The notes under the pieces: model-generated | What the model saw: only the letters and a program-made list of their open reading frames with translations | Told to the model about the DNA's origin: nothing | Database searches by the model: none | Assembly (NCBI GenBank): GCA_002269645.1 | Contig: NIVC01001979.1 | Span: forward strand, 124,001 to 188,000 | Length of the DNA stretch: 64,000 bases | Reading direction: 5' to 3' | DNA from: Macrostomum lignano | Taxonomy: Eukaryota | Made by a program: the position numbers and the translations under genes | Shown: positions 45,891 to 59,277 of the stretch, piece after piece | How the letters are laid out: each line of letters starts with the position of its first letter | Position numbering within the stretch: the first letter of the stretch is position 1

Positions 45891-46989
45891 CTACTCTCCT
45901 TGGTTATGCCTTTGTTACGCTCTTCCCTCCTCTCTGTTTTACTTACTGTGTCATGCATAACCCGTCTGCTACAGTGTTTTTAAATAGCCTTTTATACCCT
46001 CCTCTTTCCCTAGCCCCTCCTCCCCGGCGGCTCCCCTTCTCGTAGCTCTGCTAATAAAATCGTAATTCTTCTTCTCTTCAGAATAATTTGCCCAGCTGCG
46101 AACTGTGATGGTGCATACCGGGTACTCGCAATTTAAAAAGCGTATGCTTCTTACTGATTTAATTCCGACGCAACCAAGCAAATCGTTTACTTTCAAGTCC
46201 GTGCATTTTTCTTGTGTTTAACTTTTCACCGTTCGGCGTTAATGCCGTGTGGCGTTGGTGTAATACTATCGCGAAATTCAATTTCCAATGTCATTATATA
46301 ACTATTGTCGCTTTTCTGTATTACAACTATATACTATACTTCTGCATTTATTGACGTAACATTGTGCCAATAATGTCACATTGTGTGGCCCCAATATGAA
46401 TCTGTTGCTGAATGCAACTTATAGCGCAATGACCATTTTAATCGCTTGAAATACATTGTAATGTAATACTGTATCGCTTTTGGCAATCGAAACGAGACTT
46501 TAGCCAGACTCCTCACTGATCCAAATGCTCCTCAAGCAAAGGTACGAGTATATGGAAAGCAGACTGAGCTCCGCAGACTTAGTATATTTGATCTTCGGAT
46601 CGCGGATAGAACCAAGGAAATCTTGGTACGTAAATAAAATTGGAGTCACTTTTCCTACTTCCACTTTCCCTGCTCTTTCCCTGACCACAGTCTGTGCCCC
46701 AGGCTTAAGTTAGACCAACGCAAAATACTAACCTGAATAGGAAGCAAGCAACTCACTTCCCACTCTAGTCTTTTTCTGCCACTGTTGTCTCTGTTGATCT
46801 CGTATGGCGTCCTATTTGAATTGGCGCAAGTCTCGTTTACATAGTCGAAAGCAATACTGGCGCCAATTATTTATGTCGATCAAGTTTCCTAGAGAATGAT
46901 TTGTTGATAACTGTATATTCGCTGTCTTAGAGCTGCACGCTGTGTTTAACCATTAATTTGTCGTAGAGGAGCTGATGAAGGGAGGCGTT

Positions 46990-47900
46990 GGGGCGGACCT
47001 TTTGGAGGGGCGGAGCTGATGGGGGCGGTAGCGGTGGAGCTTTTGGAGGGGCGGAGCTGATGGGGGCGGTAGGGGCGGAGCTGATGGGGGGCGGTAGGGG
47101 CGGAGCTGATGGGGGCGGTAGGGGTGGAGCTGATGGGGGGCGGTAGGGGCGGAGCTGATGGGGGGCGGTAGGGGTGGAGCTGATGGGGGGCGGTAGGGGC
47201 GGAGCTGATGGGGGCGGTAGGGGCGGAGCTGATGGGGGCGGTAGGGGCGGAGCTGATGGGGGGCGGTAGGGGTGGAGCTGATGGGGGGGCGGTAGGGGCG
47301 GAGCTGATGGGGGGCGGTAGGGGCGGAGCTGATGGGGGGCGGTAGGGGCGGAGCTGATGGGGGGCGGTAGGGGCGGAGCTGATGGGGGCGGTAGGGGCGG
47401 AGCTGATGGGGGGCGGTAGGGGCGGAGCTGATGGGGGCGGTAGGGGCGGAGCTGATGGGGGCGGTAGGGGTGGAGCTGATTGGGGGCGGTAGGGGTGGAG
47501 CTGATGGGGGGCGGTAGGGGTGGAGCTGATGGGGGCGGTAGCGGCGGAGCTGATGGGGGGCGGTAGCGGCGGAGCTGATGAGGGGCGGTAGGGGCGGAGC
47601 TGATGGGGGGCGGTAGGGGCGGAGCTGATGGGGGGCGGTAGCGGCGGAGCTGATGGGGGGCGGTAGGGGCGGAGCTGATGGGGGGCGGTAGCGGCGGAGC
47701 TGATGGGGGGCGGTATTGGTGGAGCTGATGGGGGGCGGTAGGGGCGGAGCTGATGGGGGGCGGTAGGGGCGGCGCTGATGGGGGCGGTAGTGGTGGAGCT
47801 GATGGGGGGCGGTAGGGGTGGAGCTGATGGGGGGCGGTAGCGGCGGAGCTGATGGGGGGCGGTAGCGGCGGAGCTGATGGGGGGCGGTAGGGGCGGAGCC
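46990..47900. repeat. G-rich ~25-bp repeat GGGGCGGAGCTGATGGGGGCGGTA (C-rich mirror at ~49895-50590)
   Basis: Tandem units with recurrent G4-G7 runs. Confidence 0.95.
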
Positions 47901-49091
47901 CTACGTGTGCGTGTATTCGAGCTACGCTGGTAGTGTAGTTGTTTGTCTAGTATAGTTTATACATGCGTATACTGTATGTACATGTAGTCTCACAATCCCA
48001 GCAAAAGCTAGACATTTTATTTCTTTGGTTAGTAATCGTGGGGATAATAGATCCACATGCAGCTATATCGTCATTCAGTCAAGTTTTGAACCCAGATATA
48101 CAAAATACTCGTATCTTGTCAGTCAAGTTGAGAATCCCCACTGACAAAGCAACATTGAAAAAAGTCGCCACTCTATGCGCCAGTGAGCTAGCTTCTAGCT
48201 TGGACTAATCTGAAATAAAAGATACGAGAAAACTGAGGCGTAGCTTTAATCCGTCCAACTCTCGCACACCGCGATCCCCTTCCCCCACTTCATTCCTCAA
48301 CCCAAGTCGTCTTGTGGCGTAATGCTATAAGTTGCGTCACTCGCAAGATTGAGAGACAGTGCAGAGACAGTCGAAGCTTCTAGGGACGGAACTTACGGAG
48401 GGGGAGGCCGGTAGAGGCGGACTTGTGGGAGGGAGGAGTTTGAGGGAGGGAGGACTTCTCACTCACAATTCAACCCTCGAGTTACGCAAATAAGTCGCCG
48501 CGAGTGAATCAATATAAACGTCAGTCGAGCAAAATCAACACAATTATTTTTTTGCAATATGCAGTTAGAATCACAAATGCTTAAGAACGATCCCTCGCAT
48601 GCTGAAGTGCGGCGACTTTGCGGGGCATCCCCAGGATGAGGCGGCGCAGAAAATTCTCAGGCTTTATTTTTAGTGTGTTTTAGCCATATTTAGACGGCCA
48701 CTCCGACATGGTACATGTAATTGGATTGAGCCTTGAAAGTACTCAGCAACATTATACATAAAGTGGCGCACAATGAATTAAGACCACCTAACACAAATTC
48801 GAACTTTTAGTTTCATAACCTTCACAGATTGCGGAAGCATTTAATCTAATCAGTTATAGATAACCGTGGTATCAATCAGTAAAATTATAGTTATGTGTTG
48901 TGTAATTACTCACAATTGAGTCTGTTTAATTGAAGTCCTTATCTCACAATCGAATTTGATAAGTCACACAGTAATGAGACCACTTAATTAATTGGGCTAA
49001 AAGGTGCTACAACAGTGGCCCTGCTGATTCCAAAGTCCAAAACATCCAAGTCCAAGTCCAAAACATCAAATTCAATACAACCCAAGCAAAA

Positions 49092-49690
49092 ATGATCTCG
49101 AACTCTCCTAGAATGGGAAAGGCAAAGCTCTATCGCCTGAATCGTGTAGGAAAATCAGGGCCCTGTTCGACCAAGGAGTTTCCCAGCGTGCCAAAGTCAC
49201 GTACGCGCATCCAGCAGCAAGCATTCAGGCGCCTCAGCAGCACTGGCAGCACAGGCTGTGCCTCAAGACCTGGCGGGCACCGAAAACTGACCACCGACTG
49301 GATCGACGAATTGTGCGAATGCCCGAGTCCAACCGTCGGCTAACCGCTGTGGACATCAGCCGTGAACTTCAGGTGTCCAGCTGCACCCCATGACTGTCCG
49401 CCGCCGTCTGGTAGCTGCCGGACTGCATGGCCGCATTGCTAGGAAGAAGCCATTCATCTCCGACAAAAACCGGAAGCGGCGCTTGAACTGGGCGAAGCAA
49501 CATGCAAGCTCTACACCCCAGGACTGGGGCCAAGGTCATCTGAAGTGATGAGAGCAAATTTTCCCGCACTGGTTCTGATGGTCGCCGGTATGTGCTGCCA
49601 GTTTCAGCAGGACAACGATCCGAAGCTTGCTGAGAACAACATCCGCACCATGGACTGGCAATCCAATTGAGAATCTGTGCAACTGGGTCG
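49092..49690 (+). pseudogene. Internally deleted Tc1-type (DD34E) transposase remnant
   Basis: TVRRRLVAAGLHGRIARKKPFISDKNRKRRLNWAK, KVI*SDESKF, FQQDNDPK and NPIENL in shifting frames. Confidence 0.82.
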
Positions 49691-52600
49691 AGCGGGACTG
49701 GGTTCATAACTTGACCGAATGACGATATAGCTGCATGTGGATCTAATATCCCCACGATTACTAACCAAAGAAATAAAATGTCTAGCTTTTGCTGGGATTG
49801 TGAGACTACATGTACATACAGTATACGCATGTATAAACTATACTAGACAAACAACTACACTACCAGCGTAGCTCGAATACACGCACACGTAGGGCTCCGC
49901 CCCTACCGCCCCCCATCAGCTCCGCCGCTACCGCCCCCCATCAGCTCCACCCCTACCGCCCCCCATCAGCTCCACCACTACCGCCCCCATCAGCGCCGCC
50001 CCTACCGCCCCCATCAGCTCCGCCCCTACCGCCCCCCATCAGCTCCACCAATACCGCCCCCATCAGCTCCGCCGCTACCGCCCCCCATCAGCTCCGCCCC
50101 TACCGCCCCCCATCAGCTCCGCCGCTACCGCCCCCATCAGCTCCGCCCCTACCGCCCCCATCAGCTCCGCCCCTACCGCCCCTCATCAGCTCCGCCGCTA
50201 CCGCCCCCATCAGCTCCGCCGCTACCGCCCCCATCAGCTCCACCCCTACCGCCCCCAATCAGCTCCGCCCCTACCGCCCCCATCAGCTCCGCCCCTACCG
50301 CCCCCATCAGCTCCGCCCCTACCGCCCCCCATCAGCTCCGCCCCTACCGCCCCCCATCAGCTCCGCCCCTACCGCCCCCCATCAGCTCCGCCCCTACCGC
50401 CCCCCATCAGCTCCGCCCCTACCGCCCCCCATCAGCTCCGCCCCTACCGCCCCCATCAGCTCCACCCCTACCGCCCCCATCAGCTCCGCCCCTACCGCCC
50501 CCATCAGCTCCGCCCCTACCGCCCCCATCAGCTCCGCCCCTCCAAAAGCTCCACCGCTACCGCCCCATCAGCTCCGCCCCTCCAAAAGGTCCGCCCCAAC
50601 GCCTCCCTTCATCAGCTCCTCTACGACAAAGTAATGGTTAAACACAGCGTGCAGCTCTAAGACAGCGAATATACAGTTATCAACAAATCATTCTCTAGGA
50701 AACTTGATCGACATAAATAATTGGCGCCAGTATTGCTTTCGACTATGTAAACGAGACTTGCGCCAATTCAAATAGGACGCCATACGAGATCAACAGAGAC
50801 AACAGTGGCAGAAAAAGACTAGAGTGGGAAGTGAGTTGCTTGCTTCCTATTCAGGTTAGTATTTTGCGTTGGTCTAACTTAAGCCTGGGGCACAGACTGT
50901 GGTCAGGGAAAGAGCAGGGAAAGTGGAAGTAGGAAAAGTGACTCCAATTTTATTTACGTACCAAGATTTCCTTGGTTCTATCCGCGATCCGAAGATCAAA
51001 TATACTAAGTCTGCGGAGCTCAGTCTGCTTTCCATATACTCGTACCTTTGCTTGAGGAGCATTTGGATCAGTGAGGAGTCTGGCTAAAGTCTCGTTTCGA
51101 TTGCCAAAAGCGATACAGTATTACATTACAATGTATTTCAAGCGATTAAAATGGTCATTGCGCTATAAGTTGCATTCAGCAACAGATTCATATTGGGGCC
51201 ACACAATGTGACATTATTGGCACAATGTTACGTCAATAAATGCAGAAGTATAGTATATAGTTGTAATACAGAAAAGCGACAATAGTTATATAATGACATT
51301 GGAAATTGAATTTCGCGATAGTATTACACCAACGCCACACGGCATTAACGCCGAACGGTGAAAAGTTAAACACAAGAAAAATGCACGGACTTGAAAGTAA
51401 ACGATTTGCTTGGTTGCGTCGGAATTAAATCAGTAAGAAGCATACGCTTTTTAAATTGCGAGTACCCGGTATGCACCATCACAGTTCGCAGCTGGGCAAA
51501 TTATTCTGAAGAGAAGAAGAATTACGATTTTATTAGCAGAGCTACGAGAAGGGGAGCCGCCGGGGGGGAGGGGCTAGGGAAAGAGGAGGGTATAAAAGGC
51601 TATTTAAAAACACTGTAGCAGACGGGTTATGCATGACACAGTAAGTAAAACAGAGAGGAGGGAAGAGCGTAACAAAGGCATAACCAAGGAGAGTAGAGGG
51701 TGGGCGCTGAAGTGGAGGAGAGGGAGGGCCCTGGAGTGGAGGAGAGGGAGGGCGCTGGACTGGAGGAGAGGGAGGGCGCTGGAGTGGAGGAGAGGGAGGG
51801 CGCTGGACTGGAGGAGAGGGAGGGCGCTGGAGTGGAGGAGAGGGAGGGCGCTGGAGTGGAGGAGAGGGAGGGCGCTGGAGTGGAGGAGAGGGAGGGCGCT
51901 GGAGTGGAGGAGAGGGAGGGCGCTGGAGTGGAGGAGAGGGAGGGCGCTGGACTGGAGGAGAGGGAGGGCGCTGGAGTGGAGGAGAGGGAGGGCGCTGGAG
52001 TGGAGGAGAGGGAGGGCGCTGGAGTGGAGGAGAGAGAGGGCGCTGGAGTGGAGGAGAGGGAGGGCGCTGGAGTGGAGGAGAGGGAGGGCGCTGGAGTGGA
52101 GGAGAGGGTGGGGGCTGATGGGAGAAGAGGGTGGGCGCTGGAGGGAGTAGAGGATGGGGGCTGGAAAGTAAAGGAAGAGAGGGTAGGGGCTAGAGAGGGG
52201 GAGGCGCTGGAGGTGGAAAGAGGGGATAGTAGAGGCTGGATAGGGAAAAGTATAACGCGGGAAGGAGAAGTATAGGAAAAGCAGGATTGTATGGAGAGTA
52301 TAGGGAGGGCATGGAGGGTATAGGGATGGTATGGAGGGTATATGGAGGGTATGAATGGGTATAGAAGGGTATGGAGGGTATAGGGAGAGTATTGAGGGTA
52401 TATGGAGGGCATAGAGGGTACAGGGAGGCCATGGGTGGGTATAGAAAAAGTATGGAGGGTATGGAGGGTATGGAGAGGTTATAAGGAGAGTATAGGGATG
52501 GTATGGAGGGTATAGGGATGGTATGGAGGGTATAGGAATGGTATGGAGGGTATAGGGATGGTATGGAGGGTATATGGAGGGTATGAATGGGTATAGAAGG

Positions 52601-55492
52601 GTATGGAGGGTATAGGGAGAGTATTGAGGGTATATGGAGGGCATAGAGGGTACAGGGAGGCCATGGGTGGGTATAGAAAAAGTATGGAGGGTATGGAAGG
52701 TATAGGAAGGGTATGGAGGGTATAGGAAGGGTATGGAGGGTATAGCGAGGGTATGGAGGTACAGAGAAGGTATATAGGGAGGGTATAAATGGGTATAGGG
52801 AAAGTATAGAGAGTATGGAGGGTATAGATAGATATAGGGAGAGTATAGAGAGTATAGGAAGGTATGGAGTGTACAGAGGGTATATAGAGAGCATTAGGGT
52901 ATAGGGAAGGGGTATGGAGGATGTAGAGAGATAAAGATGGGTATATGAAGGGTATGGAAGGTACAGGGAGAATATAGGGAGGGTATAAAGGGTATATAAT
53001 TCTGCATCTAAAAAATTTGTTTCTTGGGTAAAAAAAACAAAGCAAATTAGCAAACATATTAAAAAATAACTGGTCATTATTCCCTTAAGCTATGTTAGCT
53101 ATGGAAATTTCGCATTTAAAACAATTTCACCTGTAGACTATTTTACCCCTAAGCCAATTTGGTCATAGATTATTTAACCATGTTAATTACCTATCCAAGG
53201 CAACAAATATTAATTAACAAAACTAGCATATAAACATAGATTTATATTATAAGTAACCATTAAATTTTATAATTTTTTAGAACTATAATATGAAAATGGT
53301 TAAATAACATAATCTTACCTAATGCTATATAAATATAGATATATCATAATTATAATAATATAACCTTTGATAAAATAAATGTTTGCAGGAAAGAAAAGTC
53401 TAGATACAAAATATCTATGATTATGGCCACAATAATTTAGGGGCAAAAACAAAATTTAAATAACAAAAATGAGAATTTAGTCAAAACATTCTTGTTTTAT
53501 AAATGTAGGCCTAGCCTAATGAACTTTTTATGCTAGAAATTAACCATTTACTTTTTGTTTGGTTTTAAAAATAAAATGCTTTGATATTAAAAGCTTATTA
53601 TTATCCCCATGCATTAAAACTTGATTTATTTGGTAGGCCTATATTTAATGATCAATGTGCTTCCCAACCCCATCAAGTTTGATTTTAATTTTTCTATACC
53701 AATAGAATAGGTCTAGACTCTAGTCTAGTCTAAGTCTAGTCAGTGTGGCAGAACCAGGTAGTAGGCCTAACGATGATGATATGATCTATTTTAATGATAT
53801 TCTGACGATCCATCTATCTAGGCTAGGCCCCTAAGTCATATCTAATATCCATATCTGTATTTTAGGGATCGCAGTCAGCTCAAACAAGCCTGCTGCTGGC
53901 ACTTGTACTCAAAATTAAGCATATTCAAAATTGATGATGTATCGAAAGTTGCTTTAGGAATAACTAACTCTGTACAGTGAAATGTATTTAACTCCCGTTT
54001 TTTATTAACGAATAGAAAGCAATACTATTCAGTTGTGATTAGGCTACAATATTGAATTTAGACGGTACTAGTTTGTTTGTCATTGTGCAGGCAATATGTA
54101 CGAGTATCCAGCATGCAGTAAAGGCAACCAGCATGCAGGATATGCATGTTTATCGTACCTAAAATTGTGCTGAATTCGCGTATAAACTGCTGACACGGGT
54201 GGATGAGGAGAGGTTGGGAAGAGCGGAGGGCGAAGATTGGATGGATAGAAGCTTTCGCCGGGTTTTCATTGTTTTTAAGCATTTTTAAATATCAAAATGG
54301 TTAGCCAGGTGATGACGCTGGTCGAAAGACACTGCTCACTGGGACAAAGGGTGGCAAATTTTGAATGTTGCTGAGTATATGCACACGTGCACAGTATATG
54401 TCTTATTTAAGAAGTTATAGATCTAATGTTTTAATTCATAACATTTCGCTATAGCTTGCAGCATCTTCAGGCTAGAAGTAAAAACGGTGAGTGCTTAAAA
54501 GTTTAAAATATTAATTGGATTCAGCTTCACCACAAAGTTGTAAGTACACTCCTGCAGCCCCTTCTTCCGCCGACTCGATCATGTATGAATGTACATGTAC
54601 CTTAACCTCACGTACACCAACCGCCTTACTCCCTCGCTACCAAAGTTTTAACCAATCACAGCGCGACTAGCCGACTAGCTACAGTAGGCATGTTCAGTCT
54701 CGTCACTTTTTAAAGCGATGCCGGTCATGCAGTCCAAGGCGGGTCAATGTCTATCTGTTCATACGTTACGTGCATGTGTGCTGCGTGACTTCAGCCAGTG
54801 CAGTTGGATTTAGGGGAGGTGCACAGCTGGGCCGCCCTCCCCCCGTTGAGTTAGAATTTTTTAATTTTTTTATATGGAAAATACACATTATCGCTCGTGT
54901 ACATGTACATATACATGTACCTTAGTAATCTGCGCCCCCCATACAAAATTTTCTGGATTCGCACCTGACTTTAGCTCTAAATATAAGCAAATCTCAATTA
55001 TACCTCGATCCCTTGCTTACGAGGGAAATTACATCAGCTTCATTGACATATCGATTCGTATTACTCTAACGATATTTTTATTGAACTTGTACTCATAATT
55101 TTTTAAATTTTGTCCTATGCTTCAATTGCAATATCAGCAATAACATTAACTACAGTACATGTTATACAGTGTACGCCAAGCTTATTTACATTTAGCTAGT
55201 CAATATATTATATAATTATGAATTAAATTATGAATGAAAAGTAGGGTATTTTTATTTTTTACAACACAAATATATCTCAACTCGTCTTTGTTAGAGAACA
55301 CAAAAAATTAATTTTTACACGTATATAAATACAACAGTACACAGTGTACTTCAGTTATACCACTGATGTACATTTACGAAGTATGTGCAACAAAATGTTT
55401 AAAGTGAATTTTTCTATACATTTAGTTAATCTTTTTTACAAATTAGTTAGTGACGTTCATGCCATGGATAATTGTGCATCCGTTTCACCAGA

Positions 55493-58398
55493 TCACTGCT
55501 GACCACCAAGATGATTAACCATGACTGACAGGCCAACAATAAGACCAACGACGATAATAAACGGCAGCCAGGTAAGGACGAGGCGAGGCCAGCTGCAATT
55601 TTTGTTTCGAAAAAATAATAAGTTTCTTTATTGGAATTGAATAAACAATCAATAACTCACTCACCTAACGTAGCGACAGTGCAGTGTAAAGAGAAAAAAG
55701 ATGCGGACCATGTTCCACGTCTTGCAGCCGGAGTACTCCATCTTGTTAAGCGCCATGGCCACATGACTGTGACAGTTGTCGCAGAATAAATTGTGCTGCA
55801 GATGGTTTGCGTAAGAATTTCACTGTGAAATTTGATGCTGGGTGAAATTCTCTGCCCAGATCATAGTCTGCTCTCCCGCACTGCACCCAGGTCATAGAGT
55901 CTGCTCTCCCGCACTGCACCCAGGTCATGGAGTCTGCTCTCCTGCACTGCACCCAGGTCATAGAGTCTGCTCTCCTGCACTGCACGCAGGTCATAGAGTC
56001 TGCTCTCCTGCACTGCACCCAGGTCATAGAGTCTGCTCTCCTGCACTGCACCCAGGTCATGGAGTCTGCTCTCCTGCACTGCACCCAGGTCATAGAGTCT
56101 GCTCTCCCGCACTGCACCCAGGTCATGGAGTCTGCTCTCCTGCACTGCACCCAGGTCATGGAGTCTGCTCTCCTGCACTGCACCCAGGTCATAGAGTCTG
56201 CTCTCCTGCACTGCACCCAGGTCATGGAGTCTGCTCTCCCGCACTGCACCCAGGTCATAGAGTCTGCTCTCCCGCACTGCACCCAGGTCATGGAGTCTGC
56301 TCTCCTGCACTGCACCCAGGTCATAGAGTCTGCTCTCCTGCACTGCACCCAGGTCATAGAGTCTGCTCTCCTGCACTGCACCCAGGTCATAGAGTCTGCT
56401 CTCCCGCACTGCACCCAGGTCATAGAGTCTGCTCTCCTGCACTGCACCCAGGTCACAGAGTCTGCTCTCCCCCGCTGATATTCTGCTTTCTGCTCTGCTC
56501 TGCTATTGCTCCCAGTTCACCAGAGTCTGCCTACCCGTAACTAAATTCAAAATAGACTACTTAAAAAGCACTCAGATAAAGCAATAAACACATATAGCTA
56601 ATCCATACCATGCGACCCTTGTAGACCTCGCTAGCATCATAGACAGCCCTGTCATAGACATCCCGTCCAACAGAGTCGATGTCCAGCTGCCAGTACTTGT
56701 AGGGCCAGCCAAAAGCCATCTGGTCCTCGCTTACTTCATATGGGCCAGCAAAATCGCGAACAACTCCAGCACTGGTGCAAATGCCCAGGTGGCCAATGAG
56801 GGGAATCAGCCAGCTGTGGCAGTGGTGGAGAGGAGTTCATTCATGAATGCATTTCTTCCTTGCACTAATATATCTATCCCACTAATCCCATATTAGTTTT
56901 TAGCTTTGTTAATTTAAACCTATTGTTGGAATTTCTTCATTTCAAATTTTTATAGCTGTAGTAACTACTTATTATAGTAATTCAACAATCAATATAGGCA
57001 GGTTACTTATTGCTGTTTATTTTTGGGATCTCCCCATCAAATGTACCTACCCAAATGTATAACTATTTTAGGATCTTGGTTGGCAATGGATTTCTACATA
57101 TTGACTGTATTTGGAGACTTTTATTGGCATAAAGTTACTTTTGAAGGAAGCTATAAGACTTCTGCTAATAAATAGTAGTCATAATATTATTATAAAACTG
57201 AATTATTTTTTAGAAAAAAGTGCTTATTTTCACTTCGATTTTTGGAAGTATAAATAACTCTTAAGTCATTTTATACAGAATTTTAACACATATACCATGC
57301 AAAAAGAATTAGAAAAAATTATCAAGCAGTTTTTCTATAATATGCATTCAAAGTCAGGCAACTTTATACATGTAAGGACTCTAGTAAGATGTTTAAAAAA
57401 AGAAATTTCTAACTTTATTATCTAATCTATTGTTAGAACCTAATGAAATAAGTGTTTTGATACTTCATTTATGAAATTTGGTCAAATAATCTGAAGTCAT
57501 AGCATTTTAGGGCCTTATAGCCAGGATGGAATCTTTGCATGACAATTTTAGAACAAAAAGTTACATGCAATTTTTGCACAAGTTTTTTAGCCTAAACTGC
57601 ATAATTTTTTTGCACTTGAATTTTTGAGCAACTTTTTTACAATGTTTCATTTAAGTTTAAATAAAACTTGAAAAATAAATTTTATAATTCTATTTTTAAG
57701 TTTCATAGTTCTTAGTGGCTTTGTTTTTAATATGCAATAACTTTGTTTTACTGTAACAAGTGCAATATTCAACATTTTCAAATAAAATTATGCAAGATTT
57801 CTTAGAACAATAAGCTGTAAGATGTAAACCTTTTAAAGTTGCGCAAGTTTGCCAGAAATGTGCACACAACTGCGCAAGTTTTTGTCAGCATGCACGGAAT
57901 GTGTCTAGGATTTTGTACAAAAATTCCATTCTGGCCTTATAGGAAAAATATAATTATTGTACATTATTGTCCTGAACGAACCAAAATAAAAAATGAGACT
58001 AAAAATGCTAAAAAAATTTATTACTTAACCAAATTTCACAAATGAGGTATCAAAATACATGTCACTATGACTAAGTTTTAACAGACAAAAAATTGGTAAA
58101 AAATCAAATTTTAAATTTTAATTCTTTCAATATTTTGCTGGAGTGGAGTTGCTACCATTATAAAAATTGTCATTGACATTAGTAACAGCAGTAGAACTGA
58201 AGAAAACCCCTAGTAATACTTAGTAGCAGCATACGTTGTCAGCATTCTGCTAAAACTAAAGTCATGCGTAGCATACCTAATACAAGGGAGTGGAGTCCAA
58301 ACAACACAATGAGGATAGCGATGTTTCGAAGGATTTATTCTTTTTTCCATTTGGTCTTTCTTCGTTTCGGCTGGTTCTGATTCTGATTTCTGCTGCAT
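55493..58398 (-). CDS. TMEM222: Transmembrane protein 222; exons 58398-58277, 56813-56609, 55795-55665, 55592-55493 (185 aa)
   Basis: RYPHCVVWTPLP, WLIPLIGHLGICTSAGVVRDFAGPY, MAFGWPYKYWQL, HNLFCDNCHSHVAMALN and C-terminal TM. GT-AG introns with consistent phases (2, 0, 2). Confidence 0.94.
55860..56470. repeat. 33-bp minisatellite CTGCACTGCACCCAGGTCATAGAGTCTGCTCTC (TMEM222 intron 2)
   Basis: About 18 tandem units. Confidence 0.96.
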
Positions 58399-59046
58399 AA
58401 AGTACAATCAGATCAAAGACAACTGTTTAAGTAACCACAGTTTATAATTTGTAAATTTGTCAACGTTACGGATTGTAAAGAAAAATTGTATTCTTGAACC
58501 CTAAGGCCGCTTGCTTGTTTACATTACAGTTTTGTTCACAATTGAAAAATATTGAAATCTATTAATTTTCAACAATTATGATTGAAAAAATAAACCGGAA
58601 TTATATTCAGAGGTTAAAAAATAAACTCTTTTTGTTTAAATGTTTTACAGTCTTGACTCGGCACAATGGCCCCTTTTTCATGACGCTATCTTCCAAGAAG
58701 AAAAGCAGTATAGCTATTTAACTTTGTTGAATGTTTGACTGCTTAACAGCTTCACTTTGCACAATGTTTCACTTTTCTACTTGGCTATTGCCATTAAATA
58801 TTAAATTTTTTTCGCACGCATATCCCGATCTAGTTTAGGAGAAAAAAGTTATACTTTACAAATTGGATCTGGTTCTAGAACCAGAACAAGCAAACATGAA
58901 AAGACCCATATCGTGAGACTTAAGTGTCGGCAATTGAGGTTTCTTATCGTGCTAGTCGCAGCGTCATTTTATTTAGCGGAATATCTTACGTTAAATAAAA
59001 AGGCAGAGTGATTTAGGCTATCAAAATGCAACAATGATGAAAAATA

Positions 59047-59277
59047 CAGTGGCAAATCATGGGGGTCAAGCGGCTGACCCGGAGAAAACTGGGGGTCATG
59101 ATCGAGCCCTGAAAAAAAAACAGAAAAAGTGTTCGTTTGCCCTATAATTCTTAATTATAGTTATATTGCTTGAAAAGTGAACTCGCGATCACTGGCGAAT
59201 CCAATTATGAGGGGGCCGTGTTAAGGGTGTCGGGTGAACCCCCCCCCCCAGAAAAAAACCTGGTAGATCCACCACTG
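59047..59277. mobile_element. Possible short MITE
   Basis: Imperfect termini CAGTGGCAAATC..GATCCACCACTG; no matching TSD. Confidence 0.3.

Larger units (their letters stand above)
43385..54201. mobile_element. 10.8-kb foldback element (Galileo/FB-like architecture): inverted arms 43385-48095 and 49698-54201
   Basis: The arms are near-perfect reverse complements (identical mirrored ORFs in the track). Termini CACCCGTG..CACGGGTG. 7-bp TSD GATGAGG at 43378-43384 and 54202-54208. The arms differ in tandem-repeat copy number. Confidence 0.82.

Noticed and set aside
44509-46045. Tyr/Pro-rich and LQRPPSPP ORFs (and mirrors at 51604-53077)
   Set aside because: Low-complexity and tandem repeats within the foldback arms.
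46500-46760. Small ORFs duplicated in both foldback arms as a possible transposase or THAP domain
   Set aside because: No THAP or DDE motifs. The duplication is explained by the inverted repeat.
55746-56540. 11-aa repeat ORFs (MTWVQCRRADS etc.)
   Set aside because: 33-bp minisatellite in a TMEM222 intron.
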